Source: Spirochaetia bacterium
Lineage (GTDB): Bacteria > Spirochaetota > Spirochaetia > UBA9216
Assembly: GCA_963675665.1 (NCBI GenBank)
Contig: OY776510.1
Location: 2,400,001 to 2,464,000, forward strand
Length of the DNA stretch: 64,000 nt
Reading direction: 5' to 3'
The notes under the pieces are model-generated. The model was given only the letters and a program-made list of their open reading frames with translations. It did not search any database and was not told where the DNA came from. The translations under genes and the position numbers were made by a program. This document shows, in pieces, positions 46,057 to 55,635 of this stretch. The first letter of the stretch is position 1; every line of letters begins with the position of its first letter.

Positions 46057-47692
46057 CAATTTTGTTTCTGCCTGATTCCTTGGCTTTATATAATGCCTGG
46101 TCGGCTATTGAATTCAGCTCGGAAGGATTTTTAATATCAGGATAGCAGGCAATACCGCAGCTGAATGTGACGTAAAAATCGCCTTCGGTTGAAACGTGGC
46201 GAATTTGCGAGAAGCTCTCTCTGATTTTTTCCATTATCGTCCTGGCGTTTGAAATACCGGTATTTAGCAGGATGACAGCAAACTCCTCTCCACCGTATCT
46301 TCCGATTATATCAGTTCTTCTCAGTCTGTCCTGAAGCAGGCGCGACAAACTTTTTAAAACCCGGTCTCCGGTCATATGGCCGTGGACATCATTGACCTTC
46401 TTGAAATGATCTATATCTATCATGGCAAAGCAGAGTTCCGATTCAGTGCGTTCGGCCCGCAAAAGTTCGTTGTACAGGAATTCCTTTATATTAACATGAT
46501 TAAGCAGGCCGGTAAGCGAATCGCGCTCCATAAAATATCTCATCTGGCGGTTGCGTTCAGCCTTGGATGTCACTGACGATATGAGAAAGTCGGGCTTTAT
46601 AGGTTTTGTAAGAAAATCATCGCCACCGTGTTTTATAGCTTCAAACTGGATTTCCCTGTTGGATTCAAATGACAGGAATACTATCGGGATGCTGACAAAT
46701 GCTTCCTGCTGACGGATAATTGCGGCAAGATCGGGTCCGTCGCAATCAGGCATGTACATATCCATTAAAATCAGATCAGGTTTGGATTCAGCAAGAATAT
46801 CAAGAACCTTTTTCGGATCCGAAGCGACGGAAGTGATCATCCCGGCCTGTTGAAGAACGAGAGCATAATAGGAAACCTGCTCCGGATCATCATCAATAAT
46901 CAGAATATGAAATGGTTTGATATTTTCATCGTTGGTAAGAGAATCTACCCTGTCAATAAGTCTGCTTACATCCAGCGGTATGGTGAAAAAATCATCTCCT
47001 CCGGCTTTCACACACTCATGTCTTATCTCAAAATTGTCATTATCCGAGAAAAAGATAACGCTTAATTTACGACTGGAATTATCTTTTATTCTACGTACGG
47101 CTGATGCTGTCATGGGTTTGTGTTCAATCATGTTCGTGTTCATAATCAGCAGTTCATTTTCAGCTTCCTTAAGATGTTCTTTAAGCGAAGAGAAACTGTT
47201 AACAATCTGTACTGTATAGCCGAAGTATCCGAGCTGTTCGGAAAGATCTTTTGAGATCAGATCATCCTCCCCGAGTACAAATACAATCTTTTTTATATGA
47301 GAATCAGACTCTTCAGGAATAGTCCCTGGGGTTTCGGTTTGAAGGTCGAATTTTTCGGGTTCTGCACAGATTTCCCTGATGTCTTTCAGATATTTCACTA
47401 TAAGTTTTGATTCAGAATTTGAAACATGTTCTTTTTTTCTGATAATTTCATCAATCAGCCCTTCGAAATCTCTGGCCGCATCAGTAAGCGCCAATAGTCC
47501 GAAAGTTGCTGCCGAGCCGGCAATCTTGTGGATATGAATTTTGAGATCAGGCAGATTTTTTTGAATGTCCCTTTGTTCAAGGATTTCAACAGCAATATGT
47601 TTCAGCTGGTTATATCTGCCCGGCAGTGTTTTAAGGTAATTCTCTTTCAGCGTTCGAAGTCTTTCATTTGTTTTTTCAGACATTCCATCCAT
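46028..47692 (-). CDS. Diguanylate cyclase with Hpt-REC-REC-GGDEF architecture
   Basis: HKIAGSAATFG (Hpt), ILIIDDD..LILMDMYMP..DFLTKP (REC), RRTD I-site and RYGGEEF. Confidence 0.92.
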   Translation of the reverse strand: MDGMSEKTNERLRTLKENYLKTLPGRYNQLKHIAVEILEQRDIQKNLPDLKIHIHKIAGSAATFGLLALTDAARDFEGLIDEIIRKKEHVSNSESKLIVKYLKDIREICAEPEKFDLQTETPGTIPEESDSHIKKIVFVLGEDDLISKDLSEQLGYFGYTVQIVNSFSSLKEHLKEAENELLIMNTNMIEHKPMTASAVRRIKDNSSRKLSVIFFSDNDNFEIRHECVKAGGDDFFTIPLDVSRLIDRVDSLTNDENIKPFHILIIDDDPEQVSYYALVLQQAGMITSVASDPKKVLDILAESKPDLILMDMYMPDCDGPDLAAIIRQQEAFVSIPIVFLSFESNREIQFEAIKHGGDDFLTKPIKPDFLISSVTSKAERNRQMRYFMERDSLTGLLNHVNIKEFLYNELLRAERTESELCFAMIDIDHFKKVNDVHGHMTGDRVLKSLSRLLQDRLRRTDIIGRYGGEEFAVILLNTGISNARTIMEKIRESFSQIRHVSTEGDFYVTFSCGIACYPDIKNPSELNSIADQALYKAKESGRNKIVMSSELLEI

Positions 47693-47737
47693 AATCTACT
47701 TTATTCTCTCAGGGTTTTGCATTATAGTATTATTAAT

Positions 47738-48187
47738 ATGGATAATTGTAAATCTCTTTCACCGAGTCTTGAAGATTATCTTGAAGCGATACTGATCCTC
47801 GAAACAAAACATCGTGTCGCGAGGGTTCGTGATATAGCTGCTCATCTGGAGGTCCAAATGCCTTCAGTAACAGGGGCTGTTAAAAACCTTCGTGAAAAAG
47901 GCCTTGTTAATTACGAAAAAAACTCATTTATCAGTCTTACCGAGGAAGGGAAAAAGATCGCGGATGAGATACTCAAAAAACATTCAGTTCTTGTTGATTT
48001 TCTCGAAAGCATTCTGTTGCTTTCGCATGAAAAGGCAGTTGAACAGGCATGCAATATTGAGCATGTAATTGATTCTGAGACAGCAATAAGGTTCAGCAAT
48101 TGTACAGCTGTATTAAGAAGTAAACTGGCTGATAATGAAAGAGTTTCCATGGATGATTGGAAACTGAGTATTGAAAAAGGCTTATAG
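47738..48187 (+). CDS. DtxR/MntR-family metal-dependent regulator
   Basis: LSPSLEDYLEAI, ARVRDIA..PSVTGAVKNL, ACNIEH. The real start is ATG 47738. Confidence 0.9.
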   Translation: MDNCKSLSPSLEDYLEAILILETKHRVARVRDIAAHLEVQMPSVTGAVKNLREKGLVNYEKNSFISLTEEGKKIADEILKKHSVLVDFLESILLLSHEKAVEQACNIEHVIDSETAIRFSNCTAVLRSKLADNERVSMDDWKLSIEKGL

Positions 48188-48817
48188 AGCTTTTTTTATT
48201 TCCGGCCAGCAACAGTAGTCCGAAACAGGACAGGTCATGCACAAGGGTTTTTGTGCCTTGCAGAAATCCCTGCCAAGTTTGTTCAGAAGCATTGAGAATC
48301 TGTAACTTATAGCGGCAGGTACTTTCTCTATCAAATCATATTCGATTTTTTCCGGCTCTTTTGCCGTTGTAAGATCCAGGCGCGCGGCAGTTCGGGCAAA
48401 ATGCGTATCCACTATAATAGCCGGAAGATGAAAGCAGGTGCCCCTGATTACGTTAGCACTCTTTCTGCCCACACCGGGCAATTCAAGCAGGTCTTCCATG
48501 TCAGACGGGACATGATCGCTATGTTGGTTATGAATAATTGCGGCAGTTTTTATAATATTGGATGCTTTAATATTGAAAAATCCTACAGATTTTATTATGC
48601 CAGCCGTTTCAGCCGGATCCGCTTCAGCAAGATGCTCAGGCGACGGAAATCTTGCGAATAAATTCGGAAGAATTGAATTTACCTGTTTGTCGGTGGTTTG
48701 AGCTGACAGAATAACTCCTATCAGCAGTTGAAAGCAGTTTTCTGCTTCAAGAAAAGTGATTTCCCCATCAGTCAGCGAGTCAAGTCTGTTGTAAATCTGC
48801 ATTATCTTCATTATCAA
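48182..48817 (-). CDS. nth: Endonuclease III
   Basis: ILSAQTTDKQVN, HhH LPGVGRKSAN, VDTH, C-x6-C-x2-C-x5-C Fe-S motif. Confidence 0.93.
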   Translation of the reverse strand: MIMKIMQIYNRLDSLTDGEITFLEAENCFQLLIGVILSAQTTDKQVNSILPNLFARFPSPEHLAEADPAETAGIIKSVGFFNIKASNIIKTAAIIHNQHSDHVPSDMEDLLELPGVGRKSANVIRGTCFHLPAIIVDTHFARTAARLDLTTAKEPEKIEYDLIEKVPAAISYRFSMLLNKLGRDFCKAQKPLCMTCPVSDYCCWPEIKKAL

Positions 48818-48893
48818 ATAGCCTTTACATTAAATTGATTTTCTGTTATGTTACTGATCCAGTATAAGTATACAAGCGTAAGGTAGGAATATA

Positions 48894-49085
48894 ATGGCTC
48901 GTAAATGTGATATATGCGGAAAAGGGACTATTGCAGGCAATAATGTCAGCCATGCCCATAACAAAACCAGAAGGGTTTGGAAACCGAATCTTGTAAAAAT
49001 GCAGGCGCTGATTGATGGCAAGAAGAAAACCATTAAAATCTGCACCCGCTGCCTCAGATCCGGAAAAGTTCAGAAAGCCGTCTAA
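48894..49085 (+). CDS. rpmB: 50S ribosomal protein L28 (Zn-ribbon C+ form)
   Basis: [39 protein letters not shown]. Confidence 0.97.
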   Translation: MARKCDICGKGTIAGNNVSHAHNKTRRVWKPNLVKMQALIDGKKKTIKICTRCLRSGKVQKAV

Positions 49086-49101
49086 TACCACAAACATAGA
49101 T

Positions 49102-49875
49102 TTAAATTTTAACTTTCAACCCGTCAAAAGCAGGAGCAATGCCGCCAGGCAGATCCTGCTTTAGATCTTTATGCAGTGTATCATGGCAAAGGTGTGTAAA
49201 CCATGTCTTTTCAGCTCCGATCCTGCGTGCCGCTTCGATTGCTTCAGGTATAGAAAAATGTGTTGAATGCGGTTTGTATCGTAAAGCATCAATGATCAGG
49301 TATTTAACACCTTTAAGCTTTGCGAAACTTGAATCGGGAATACTGCTGCAGTCGGTAAGATAAGCAAAGTCGTCTATCCTGTATCCCAGTACATCGAGAT
49401 CGCCGTGCTTCATCGGAACAGGCAGAAACTCCAGTTCGCCTATTTTTATAGTATCGTTGTTTTCAAGCATAATATTACTGATAGTATGAATTGAGATCCT
49501 GGGTTTTCCGCCGCCTCGCTGAGTCTGGTGGAATAAATATGAGAATCTGTCTTTAAATTCAGTCATTGTCCATTCGTTGCCGAATACGGGGACCGGATTT
49601 CTGAATGTGTACGGCCTGATATCGTCCAGTCCGTGAACATGATCAGCATGGCAGTGTGTAATAAGCAGCCCGTCCACTGTGCTGATCTTTTCGCGAAGCG
49701 CCTGTTGCCTGAAATCAGTCGAGGTATCGATAACAACAGAGGTATTTCGGCTTTGAATCCATATTGACGCCCTGGTTCTTTTATCATGAGGATCTTCCGA
49801 AGTGCAGACAGGGCAGTTGCAGTTTATTGAGGGAACTCCGAAAGAAGTTCCGGATCCAAGTACGGTTATCAGCAT
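49102..49875 (-). CDS. MBL-fold metallo-hydrolase (PhnP-like phosphodiesterase)
   Basis: LGSGTSFGVP..CNCPVC, THCHADHVHGLDD, YLTDCS, HSTH, THLCH. Start taken at ATG 49875. Confidence 0.9.
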   Translation of the reverse strand: MLITVLGSGTSFGVPSINCNCPVCTSEDPHDKRTRASIWIQSRNTSVVIDTSTDFRQQALREKISTVDGLLITHCHADHVHGLDDIRPYTFRNPVPVFGNEWTMTEFKDRFSYLFHQTQRGGGKPRISIHTISNIMLENNDTIKIGELEFLPVPMKHGDLDVLGYRIDDFAYLTDCSSIPDSSFAKLKGVKYLIIDALRYKPHSTHFSIPEAIEAARRIGAEKTWFTHLCHDTLHKDLKQDLPGGIAPAFDGLKVKI

Positions 49876-49980
49876 GGGATGATAATATAGATAATTATCA
49901 GGAATTTCCATAGCTGTAACTCCCGGGGACATCTAAAACTGAGGTTATATAAAACTACAGTTGTCGATGTCTCCCCCTTG

Positions 49981-50520
49981 TTATATTTCGATAATATGGG
50001 CACCGACAATTTCACCGTAAAACATGGTATGGTAGTCCCTGTTTGAGCCGGGGAAGTCAGAGGCGACATCTGACGGATAGTAGTCGGATTTAAAGCGGTC
50101 CTGTATCGTTCCGGCATCCTGCTTCTGTTTGTATATTATTCTGCATTCAAGCGTCATCGGCAGTTCTTTAAATCCGGGAACGGATATTTTTCTGCCGTCA
50201 ACTACAGTTAATCCCAAATCTGCAATTTTATCTGTATTTCGGCCGCTTTTTGTTCCGGCGTAACCTGTTATCCTGCCCACAGGGCCTGTTCCATATGGAA
50301 TATTAATGGAGAACTCTCCGTAATCAAGTAATTCATGGGTGTAGCGTCCCGAGCGTACAAATACGGTAAAAATCGGAATTCCCCATTCAATTCCAATCTG
50401 GCCCCAGGCGATGGTCATTGTATTATACCCTTCATCTTTTTTGGTGGTCAGGAGAACACCTTTTTTAAGCGGTTGTAAAATGTCGGTCATATAGTCGAAG
50501 GGATCAATTTCTTTATACAT
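49981..50520 (-). CDS. Flavin reductase-like (flavoredoxin family) protein
   Basis: NTMTIAWGQIG..W, VRSGRYT, GTKSGRNTDK, DYHTMFYGEIV. Confidence 0.85.
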   Translation of the reverse strand: MYKEIDPFDYMTDILQPLKKGVLLTTKKDEGYNTMTIAWGQIGIEWGIPIFTVFVRSGRYTHELLDYGEFSINIPYGTGPVGRITGYAGTKSGRNTDKIADLGLTVVDGRKISVPGFKELPMTLECRIIYKQKQDAGTIQDRFKSDYYPSDVASDFPGSNRDYHTMFYGEIVGAHIIEI

Positions 50521-50785
50521 TATTTACCTCAGCTATTGTTTATTCTGTGGGATAAGCTTCAGACCTAATATAACTGAACCATGCAGGCATATCAAGTCCG
50601 GAATTATTTTTTCACAGAGTAAGGATCATGTTAAACCTGAAATCAAAAAAGCAGCAAAGCATATAAGAAGAACCTTATCTTAAGCCCGGTAATTGGTGTA
50701 ATGGCTGAAGCAATAGACTCAGTTGAAAATGATGTAGTCTCATGGTATTATTCTTTATTCCAAAAAGAATATTTTGAGGATTTAA

Positions 50786-51829
50786 ATGCGAACCTTGTTT
50801 GCTGTTTCCGTTCTTTGTTTAGTTTTAATAACCGGTTGTGTTACGTCTCCTCCCGTATTATTTACTTTTGATCTGCCTGAGTATTCGTCCTATACCAGGG
50901 AAGTGAATAACCGGGAACTCGTTCTGAATGTTATTGATGTTAATAACATCGGTGTTAAAATAATAAAACATCCTGCTGCATATGAGAATGGTTACAGTGA
51001 CAAACCAATTAAATCTTACTATACCGAATCAATGAATAAAGTTTTAACTGATATCGGGTTTAAATTAAGTGAATTTACCGATTATGAATTCAGGGTTTAT
51101 ATACTTGATGCATACGTCCAGTGGGGAATGGGATTAAATGTAGAGGTAACATCCGTTTTCAGATCGCGGATTGAAATAACCTGTATTCCGGATGATAAAA
51201 TTGTGTTTGAAAATGAATACAACACAAAACGTGTAGTGAAAGCAACTGCCGGAGGGCCGTCTTCAATCCCATATGTAAAAAGGCTGTTCAAAAATACACT
51301 TGAAGCACATATGAATGAAATAATCTCAAGTATTAACTTTCATGAAATATTTATCAAATCAGATGATGATTCTGATAATATAAATCAGGGAGATACTCCT
51401 GGATTGTACATAAAAGATGCCAGGCGTAATAATCTTCCGATTATTACCGTTTTCGATTTCGAATATGAAGGAATATCAAAAAATGAAGCAAGTTTTTTGG
51501 TAGATTTCCTGGGCGGAGCATTATTTGATACAGGGAATTATCGTATTATTGACAGAAAGCAACGTGAATCGATATTGTCCGAAATACAATTCTCAATGTC
51601 GGGTTGTACTGAGGAGTCATGCCAGTTGGAAATAGGCAAGCTGTTGGCAGCAGATTATCTGGTTATCGGAAGCCTGGGAAAATTGGGGTCGAGGTTTATC
51701 ATAAATGCGAAACTAATCGATATTGAACTTGGAGAAACTGTTTTGTCTGCTCGCGAAATTTATCCAAATGTTGATGCAATGATTGATGGTTGTGATGAGT
51801 TCGCCGTTCGCTTGTCGGTAATTAATTAA
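50786..51829 (+). CDS. Lipoprotein with C-terminal CsgG/TolB-N-like domain
   Basis: Lipobox LITGC. C-terminal VFDF..YRIIDRKQRESILSEIQFSMSGC..IGKLLAADYLVIGSLGKLG..IDIELGE. Confidence 0.75.
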   Translation: MRTLFAVSVLCLVLITGCVTSPPVLFTFDLPEYSSYTREVNNRELVLNVIDVNNIGVKIIKHPAAYENGYSDKPIKSYYTESMNKVLTDIGFKLSEFTDYEFRVYILDAYVQWGMGLNVEVTSVFRSRIEITCIPDDKIVFENEYNTKRVVKATAGGPSSIPYVKRLFKNTLEAHMNEIISSINFHEIFIKSDDDSDNINQGDTPGLYIKDARRNNLPIITVFDFEYEGISKNEASFLVDFLGGALFDTGNYRIIDRKQRESILSEIQFSMSGCTEESCQLEIGKLLAADYLVIGSLGKLGSRFIINAKLIDIELGETVLSAREIYPNVDAMIDGCDEFAVRLSVIN

Positions 51830-51871
51830 TCCATTACCCTTGATCGAATACAATTCCACAGTAATATGCAT

Positions 51872-53278
51872 TTATTTTACTGCCGGTATTGAAAGGAAAA
51901 AAGTCGAACCTTCGTTAATTTTACTTTCTACCCGTATCTGGCCGCCAAGTTTTTCAACGAACTCTTTACATAAAATTAAGCCCAGACCGGTACCCTGTTC
52001 GGCTTCTGTTCCCGGAGTTGAGTGATGCACATCTATTCTGAACAGGTTTGTAACAATTTCCTCTTCCATACCGAGGCCGTGATCCCTGATCTTGATAAGT
52101 ACCTTGTCATTAATTTTTTCTGTGGAAATATCAACAACGCCGGTAGGAAAAGAGAATTTTATGGCATTGGAGACAAGGTTTCGAAGGATGGTTTTTACCA
52201 TGTGTAAATCTGCATATACCATTACGGGATCCGGGGTTTCGAAATTAAATTTAATGCCTTTTTTGGCAGACGGCAGTTTGAAGAGCTCAATAGTATTAGT
52301 AATTGTATTATTAATATCAAATTCTACAGGTTCAAATGCGTTTTTACCTATCTCATTTGTCGACCATTCCAGTAAGTTCGAAAGCAGATCCATAACCCGC
52401 CCTGAAGATTGTTGAAGTAATTCGGTGGCCATAATAACATCTTCAGGAGCGTTATCTTTTGTTTTTTCAACAAGCAAATTACTGATGCCTATTATGGAGC
52501 TTATAGGGTTTCGCAGATCGTGGGCAATAATCGAAAAGAATTTATCTTTCTTTGCATTCAATTCCTGAAGCTGGGTCCTTCCTCTCATCAGTTCCTTTAT
52601 CAGGTTCTCCTGTCTCTTTTGAAAGACGAAGAACAGCCTGGCTATGCAAAAAAGCAGAAAGATAAGTATGGAAAAATAAAGAACCTGTTTTATCAGGAAT
52701 GAATAGATTTCAGCATCATCCAAAATCTCTTTTTCAGGTGTTGACAGGCCGAGCGTCCAGGTTTGGTCATGGAAGCGAAATGAAGTCCAGGCAACCCATT
52801 CCTTGCCCTTATCCGGCAGCCAGATATACCATCCCTGTCCCTCGGTTGCATTCTCCACACCACGGGTCATCTCTTCATAATGAGATGCTCCGTGTTCTTT
52901 CTGTATCTCAAATATCTGACGCATCGATTTCCCGCGGTAATAATCAGGAAAATCACTGCTTTTGTCGAAAATCACGTAATCTTTGTTGTATATCCAGGCA
53001 TCTCCGTTTTTCAGTAAGTGTATCGGTTCTACAATGAAAGAAAGAATCTCCTGTTCAATCTGATCAACAGTAGCGCCTTCTTCGGAAATTCTTTTATTGA
53101 ACCAGAGATCAGCCATTTGCTTTGCTTCCTGGATTATTGCCGACTCCATATCCAGATAGTTGTCTATAACAATGCTGTATTGTCTTTTAAAGCTGAAATA
53201 TACAACGAATGTAAGCATTATCGAAAATAATATTATGCTTATATAAAGCATTTTCTTCATGGATTTATTATTGGTCAT
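51872..53278 (-). CDS. Membrane sensor histidine kinase (Cache-like periplasmic domain)
   Basis: Two TM segments. FSIIAHDLRNP H-box, NLVSNAIKF, DHGLGM, GTGLGL. Confidence 0.92.
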   Translation of the reverse strand: MTNNKSMKKMLYISIILFSIMLTFVVYFSFKRQYSIVIDNYLDMESAIIQEAKQMADLWFNKRISEEGATVDQIEQEILSFIVEPIHLLKNGDAWIYNKDYVIFDKSSDFPDYYRGKSMRQIFEIQKEHGASHYEEMTRGVENATEGQGWYIWLPDKGKEWVAWTSFRFHDQTWTLGLSTPEKEILDDAEIYSFLIKQVLYFSILIFLLFCIARLFFVFQKRQENLIKELMRGRTQLQELNAKKDKFFSIIAHDLRNPISSIIGISNLLVEKTKDNAPEDVIMATELLQQSSGRVMDLLSNLLEWSTNEIGKNAFEPVEFDINNTITNTIELFKLPSAKKGIKFNFETPDPVMVYADLHMVKTILRNLVSNAIKFSFPTGVVDISTEKINDKVLIKIRDHGLGMEEEIVTNLFRIDVHHSTPGTEAEQGTGLGLILCKEFVEKLGGQIRVESKINEGSTFFLSIPAVK

Positions 53279-53783
53279 TTTCCAAGTACCTATTCTCCTG
53301 TTAATCCAAACTCAATGAGGAAATAATCAGCACTTTTTCAAAATCCTTTTGGGTTTTTATAAGATTTATTATTTTTAATGACACATATTGTATCACAGGA
53401 TTTATGATAACAGAATCAAAAAATTGATAAAAAAATGTAAATGTATGAAAGAGTAAGCCATTTTTTTGATTTCCATATTAAAAATTGGATGAAATATCAA
53501 AAAAATTGCAATTCCACCTTTTTCCGGTATATATACAGCGTTTGCTTATTTCTGTCTGGCAGCAGGAACCATACTTGGAGGCAGAATATCCGACAGCATA
53601 TCAAACCGGCGACTTTTACTGATTCTTCTGAGTATAATTCTCCCCCTGGCTGCAGTTCTGGTTTTATTAATTCGTCCGGCAGAACCTGCGGAAGGTTAAT
53701 ACTGTTCTTAAGGATCATATTAAAACTTTGTACAATCCGGAGATGATTTTGGATAGCTGTCTACGGAATACAGGATTGCGCTA

Positions 53784-55292
53784 TTATATGGTAAGCTTTC
53801 CTTTCCACAGCCTGTTCTTTACTTTTCTTATTTTTCCGGAGATAATCATCTGAGTAACAGCTGCCCCGGCGTCGTCTTCTGATAATTGCGGATGTTTTGC
53901 ATGAAGCATTCTGACCGCTGAGGGTTGCGACAGTACTCTCCGGTTATGCTTGATCAAATGAAATATTTCTTCTTCCCAATCTGCGGTATTCATAACATTT
54001 TTGCGGCAGACATCGCATCCGAAGCAAATATCCGGTTCAGAGCCCAACAGCCGCATCAGCGATTCGCGCCGGCAGGTTGTGCTGTCTGAGGCGAAACGTA
54101 GAAGGGCGGCATGGCGGGCGTTATGTTTCATGCCGGCTGCCGTATCGGACGGCGACAGCAGAAGAATTGCCTCGGCGGGGTCCATGTCCCGTCCGGCGCG
54201 GCCCGATTCCTGCAGGTAGGCTTCAACCGACGGTGACAGATCATGATGGATAACGGTGCGGATATTCGGTTTATCTATGCCCATACCGTAGGCTGTCGTA
54301 GCGCAAAGTATACCGTTAGCAGATTTAAAAAACCATTTCTCAATCCCTGCTTTTTCTTCCCTGCTCAGCCCGGCATGATAAAAGAAAATGTCATTTTCTT
54401 TAAGTCTCAGCCGCAATTGCAGAGCCGTCCGCTCAGCAGATCTGCGTGTGGAACAGAACACAAGAGCCGGGCGGTTGACAAGTTCGGCGTGCGAATACCC
54501 TTTACCGGTTTGCGGTTTATCTCCATTTTGTACAAGAAGCAGCTGCAGGCTGTTTATCTTGCACAGCGAAGGCATCACCGTGTAGGAAATGTTTGGACGA
54601 TCGGGGTTTGCGGAAACCACATGTGGTGCATCCTCAGGAAACAGTACTTCCCGGACTCTTGAAAGTACGGTTTCAGAAGCTGTTGCTGTAAAAGCGGTAA
54701 CAACCGGAATGCCGCCTTCCGCATAAATCCTCCGGCTTTCAAGATAGGCCGGCCTGAATGTATCGCCCCATTCGCTTACGGTATGAACCTCGTCAAAGAC
54801 TATGTGCATGAAACAGCTTTTTGCCAGCATGGGCAATACCTGCGGGGAAAGGGCTGTTTCCGGGTTTGTCAGAACAATCTTTATGCTTCCTTTTACAATT
54901 CCGTTGAAAATATTTCTGCGTTCGGCTGCGTTTTGTCCGCCCGTCAGCGCGGCAGCTCCAATGCCTGCATCCACGCAGCGGCGGAGCTGGTCGGATATCA
55001 GGGATAGCAGCGGAAAAATTACAAGCGTCGGTCCGGCAAGCAACAGCGCCGGCAGCATAAAGCAGAGGCTTTTTCCTGCTCCGGTCGGAAGAATCACTAT
55101 CTGCTTTGCCGGCGGATCTTTTTCGTCTCCCTGCTCGGAAGTCGTTTTCTTTTTCCCGAGGTTCGAGAAATACTCTCCGGACTCCAGTATATTTGAAATT
55201 ACCAGTCTTTGATAAGGAAAAAGATAATTTATACCAAATGAGCTTTGTGCTGTTTCTGTTATCGGATCGGAAATACTGAAAGGTTCTTCCAT
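53784..55292 (-). CDS. recQ: RecQ-family ATP-dependent DNA helicase (short form, no HRDC evident)
   Basis: PTGAGKSLCF, DEVHTVSEWGDTFRP, TATA, GMGIDK, QESGRAGRD, CRR..CFGCDVC Zn motif. Confidence 0.88.
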   Translation of the reverse strand: MEEPFSISDPITETAQSSFGINYLFPYQRLVISNILESGEYFSNLGKKKTTSEQGDEKDPPAKQIVILPTGAGKSLCFMLPALLLAGPTLVIFPLLSLISDQLRRCVDAGIGAAALTGGQNAAERRNIFNGIVKGSIKIVLTNPETALSPQVLPMLAKSCFMHIVFDEVHTVSEWGDTFRPAYLESRRIYAEGGIPVVTAFTATASETVLSRVREVLFPEDAPHVVSANPDRPNISYTVMPSLCKINSLQLLLVQNGDKPQTGKGYSHAELVNRPALVFCSTRRSAERTALQLRLRLKENDIFFYHAGLSREEKAGIEKWFFKSANGILCATTAYGMGIDKPNIRTVIHHDLSPSVEAYLQESGRAGRDMDPAEAILLLSPSDTAAGMKHNARHAALLRFASDSTTCRRESLMRLLGSEPDICFGCDVCRKNVMNTADWEEEIFHLIKHNRRVLSQPSAVRMLHAKHPQLSEDDAGAAVTQMIISGKIRKVKNRLWKGKLTI

Positions 55293-55418
55293 TATTAATA
55301 GATAACCGGATTTATTTCTCAGAATTCAATTCGTTAATATTCCATTAGGGCTTTCTCGGTTTCAGAATATCGTACGCCTTTATTCAATTTAGAGGAGATT
55401 TTTATCAATTCCGCTTCT

Positions 55419-55451
55419 GAAACACGGAGTTCCCCGAAAACTCCGTGTTTC
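55419..55451. repeat. Perfect 13-bp hairpin with GGAGTT/AACTCC core
   Basis: GAAACACGGAGTT-CCCCGAA-AACTCCGTGTTTC between divergent genes. Confidence 0.55.
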
Positions 55452-55562
55452 GTTTAATTATACTGTAAGGTTTTAATTCGCGGTCGAAACCTTTATAATA
55501 CCGGTTCGGCGTTTAGCGAAATAACAACAAATAACAATAAAAAAAAATAAATGATATTATAC

Positions 55563-55591
55563 TTGACCCGGTAAATATACGGTGCTACTAT
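55563..55591 (+). promoter_or_regulatory. Sigma70 promoter of the MCP gene
   Basis: TTGACC-17-(TGn)TACTAT. Confidence 0.6.
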
Positions 55592-55635
55592 TTATCAATA
55601 TTATAATGTATTAAAAAAACTAACAGGAGTTTGTT

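Noticed and set aside
47528-47737. N-terminal extension of the DtxR ORF
   Set aside because: It overlaps the divergent diguanylate cyclase gene. Family similarity begins at ATG 47738.
53279-53783. Small ORFs (53441..53746 +, 53497..53718 -) in a 500-bp gap
   Set aside because: No SD, no recognisable motif, AT-rich. Possibly a gene remnant, but unsupported.
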